A stretch of DNA of 64,000 nucleotides from Podarcis bocagei (lineage: Eukaryota): NCBI GenBank assembly GCA_964188305.1, contig OZ076887.1, one strand, 5' to 3'. The stretch's first letter is position 1. The number at the start of each line of letters is the position of its first letter. Below, one piece after another: positions 61,200 to 64,000 of the stretch. The position numbers were made by a program, and so were the translations under genes. Below the pieces are notes generated by a model, which did no database searches, was not told where the DNA came from, and was given only the letters and a program-made list of their open reading frames with translations.

Positions 61200-61551
61200 T
61201 AAAGGTAAATGGACCCCTAACCCTTAGGTCCAGTCGTGGCCGACTCTGGGATTGTGGTGCTCATCTCGCTTTATTGGCCGAGGGAGCTGGCGTACAGCCT
61301 CCGGGTCATGTGGCCAGCATGACTAAGTCACTTCTGGTGAACCAGAGCAGCGCACGGAAATGCCGTTTACCTTCCCACCGGAGCGGTACCTATTTATCTA
61401 CTTGCACTTTGACGTGCTTTCAAACTGCTAGGTGGGCAGGAGCAGGGACCGAGCAACGGGAGCTCACCCCGTCACGGGGATTCGAACCACCGACCTTCTG
61501 ATCGGCAAGTCCTAGGCTCTGTGGTTTAACCCACAGCGCCACCCACATCCC
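61200..61551 (-). mobile_element. Sauria SINE, full length
   Basis: Closely similar to the 13480 copy; TSD TGTGTCATGGTATAG at 61185-61199 and 61552-61566. Confidence 0.93.
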
Positions 61552-64000
61552 TGTGTCATGGTATAGAACTCACTAAATTAAAGATATTGAGCTGAATATA
61601 GAATACATAAACAAAACACACAACACAAAACACACGTTGCATTCCAGAATGTACATAATGCTTTAACAAAAGCTCTTCTGACCTTCCTTCAGTCAGTGCA
61701 TGGCAGAGAGCATTGTCCCGCACACCCTGCAGTGGGGAAACAGCAAAATTCCATTAGTGACTCTGTTGTACCTACTTCTCTCTGTAGAATCACTCTCTTC
61801 CATTGCATTTGAATTAAACTCAGACTTTCTGCTTTTCCCGTTCCCCACAGGAGTAGTCTTCTTCTTCTTCTTCTTTTTTTAAAGTAATTAATTTTACACA
61901 CTTCAAACACGCCACACAACAGTAGACAAACAGCAGATAAAAAACCTGCAGTATGTGTCTAAGATACTAAATCCAAGAATACCTGAACTGTTGCTAGGAC
62001 TCAGAACTTTGCATTCTCAAAGGACTGCACCAGCTCCTTGCATCTCCCAAATGTTGCAAAGGCTGCTTAATTTTCACAAGCCACACCTGAGGATAACAGT
62101 TCCATTTTGCAGAAGGGGGAAACTGAGGAGAAGTGCCGGTAGGTGTTTTACCCAAGCTATTGGAATGCAGGAATATGTGTCTCCTCCCCCAAGGGGTCAG
62201 ATTTCAGTTCCTTTCAGAGTGCAAATTCAAAGATACCGAAACTATTGCAAAAGCAGAGGTGGCAAGAATAATGGACATAGGAAACAAAATCACACAGAGA
62301 CACAAACAAATTGCTAGTTGTTATAAGTCATTGTGGTAACACAGGGGGGGCTTCTTCAGTAGCAGCACTGGTGCTATGGAATGTGCTCCCTGCTGAAATA
62401 CGCCGCATCTGCATTGGCCTATCACTGGCTTTTGAAGATACACTGTTTACCCAGGCACTACTATATCTCTCAACTTTTCAGCTGCTGTATTGTTTTAATG
62501 TACTGTTTTATTGTGTATATTTTAATTATGGACATTTGTATTTCACTGCTTTGTATAATCTGGTTTTTACACTTTGTAAACCTCTTGGAATTCTATTTTG
62601 GCATTGAGTGGTATATAAATAAAGAAAATTAAATGAAAAGTAATAGATAGCTAACCTGTTCAATATCATCCAGGACCTGCATGTCTTTGGTCATGCAGAG
62701 TAACCCCTTTTTTTGAGGCAACCTGCTCCATGTCCACTTTCCCATCTTCCCAACATCCCTCTACATTTTTCAGTGCTCTCTGTTCTCCCTGGATCTTCTC
62801 CATCACTTTTTCCTTTTGTCTGAGCTGAGAGCAGTATTGCAAGTCCCAGGTCTTAAACAATTAACCAGTCTGCCTTCCTCTCTTGCAATCTTAAATTAGT
62901 CTTAACAATGAACAAAAGATACCAAGGGCACAATTTCTTTTCTTTTCTTTTTTTAGACTTCAGGTTATGTTGTTGTAATACTGTGCACTAAACCCCTCTA
63001 CCAGCTGAAGGGCTATAAATTTGCTTTTAGACAAAGAGGATTTTGGTTTTTGGCATAACTGTTGCATAACTGTTTAGCTTAACACAAATCCAGAAAGATC
63101 TGATTTGAGATAAAGCCTTGCCCCCAAGAGCTGATATTTGGCATGTAAGCTATTTGTCTCTGTAAAGAAGATGACAGATATTATTATCTGATATAGTACA
63201 CTCTTTATCTGAACACAGATTAGCATCTATCAGCGTTGTAGAAACATGGTGACTGGTGAGAATGTGATCTGGGAGTCAAAAAGTCTTTGGATCAGACTAA
63301 ACCTCAGCTACAAATTCAGTAGGCAAACTTGGCCAAAACACTATTCCTCAGCTGCCATCTGCAATATGAGGAAAATATTTGCCTACCTCTCAGGGTTGTT
63401 GTAAGGAATACTGTGAAATGTTCTGAACGCAAAAAGGATGTCATTGTTGTTATATCTTCCCTTACCCTTTAGTGTCTGAATGTTAAAATAGGTCAAAGTG
63501 ATTTTGCAGAACCTTAAAAGCTGGAAAGATGCAGGCCTTGGGAATCATAATGCTGTCAATAATTTCTTCATTCTTGGAACCAGATCCTGAATTATAGGGG
63601 CAGATGTCAGAGGGGGCTTGGTTTTATTTCCTTTTGGGATGGCATCTTTAGTGACTGTGATTGAAAGATTATTGGGGGAGGGTATTAAGGTCTTTCCTCT
63701 CATTCTCCACTGGACAATGCCTATGGACCTTGAAGGTACTGCTGTTGAAATTCCATGATATCACTGCTGAGAGAGTGCTTTTGCCCCAAATCACATACAT
63801 GCTGTTTTCCAGGCTCACATATTTTCAATTTTCTCTTTCCCATTCAGCAATATTTAATGCCTGGGCAGACTTTACTGTGTTAAGCTGCAGGTACAAGGTC
63901 AGTCAAAAGGTGTCCAGGTGCCACTCTTTGAGCAAGCTGCCGCCTGGCTTTGCACCGGCCATCTTGAAAACTTAATTGTTCCATACTGAAAACCATATCA

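Noticed and set aside
44000-64000. MDGA1 or other coding exons
   Set aside because: No Ig, FN3 or MAM-like peptides recognised in the ORF track or by inspection; short exons could have been missed.

Overview
Vertebrate genomic DNA, most likely from a lacertid lizard: it carries Sauria-SINE copies of the Podarcis type plus BovB, CR1, L2 and squamate MITEs. Most ORFs in the supplied track are spurious because the genes are spliced. Two genes were reconstructed by hand from GT-AG boundaries with consistent phases. (1) The last 11 coding exons of CMTR1 (cap1 2'-O-methyltransferase; + strand, 311-16350), including the WW-domain exon. (2) The complete 4-exon CCDC167 (- strand, 43515-19891, 97 aa), tail-to-tail with CMTR1 as in human, with a CpG-island promoter at about 43.3-43.9 kb. 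I recognise no coding exons in 44-64 kb. I see no new multi-gene system. The most interesting observations are: a perfect 34-nt, tailless U2 snRNA 5' retrocopy with a 16-17 bp target-site duplication in CCDC167 intron 1; an unusual CMTR1 3' end (probable stop-loss extension, a 176-codon open alternative frame reachable by skipping the WW exon, and an in-frame candidate alternative exon); a perfect RFX X-box and a possible overlapping uORF at CCDC167; and a collapsed RTE-X-like LINE that the ORF track largely misses. Homology calls come from my recollection of the human proteins and repeat consensi, not from database searches.
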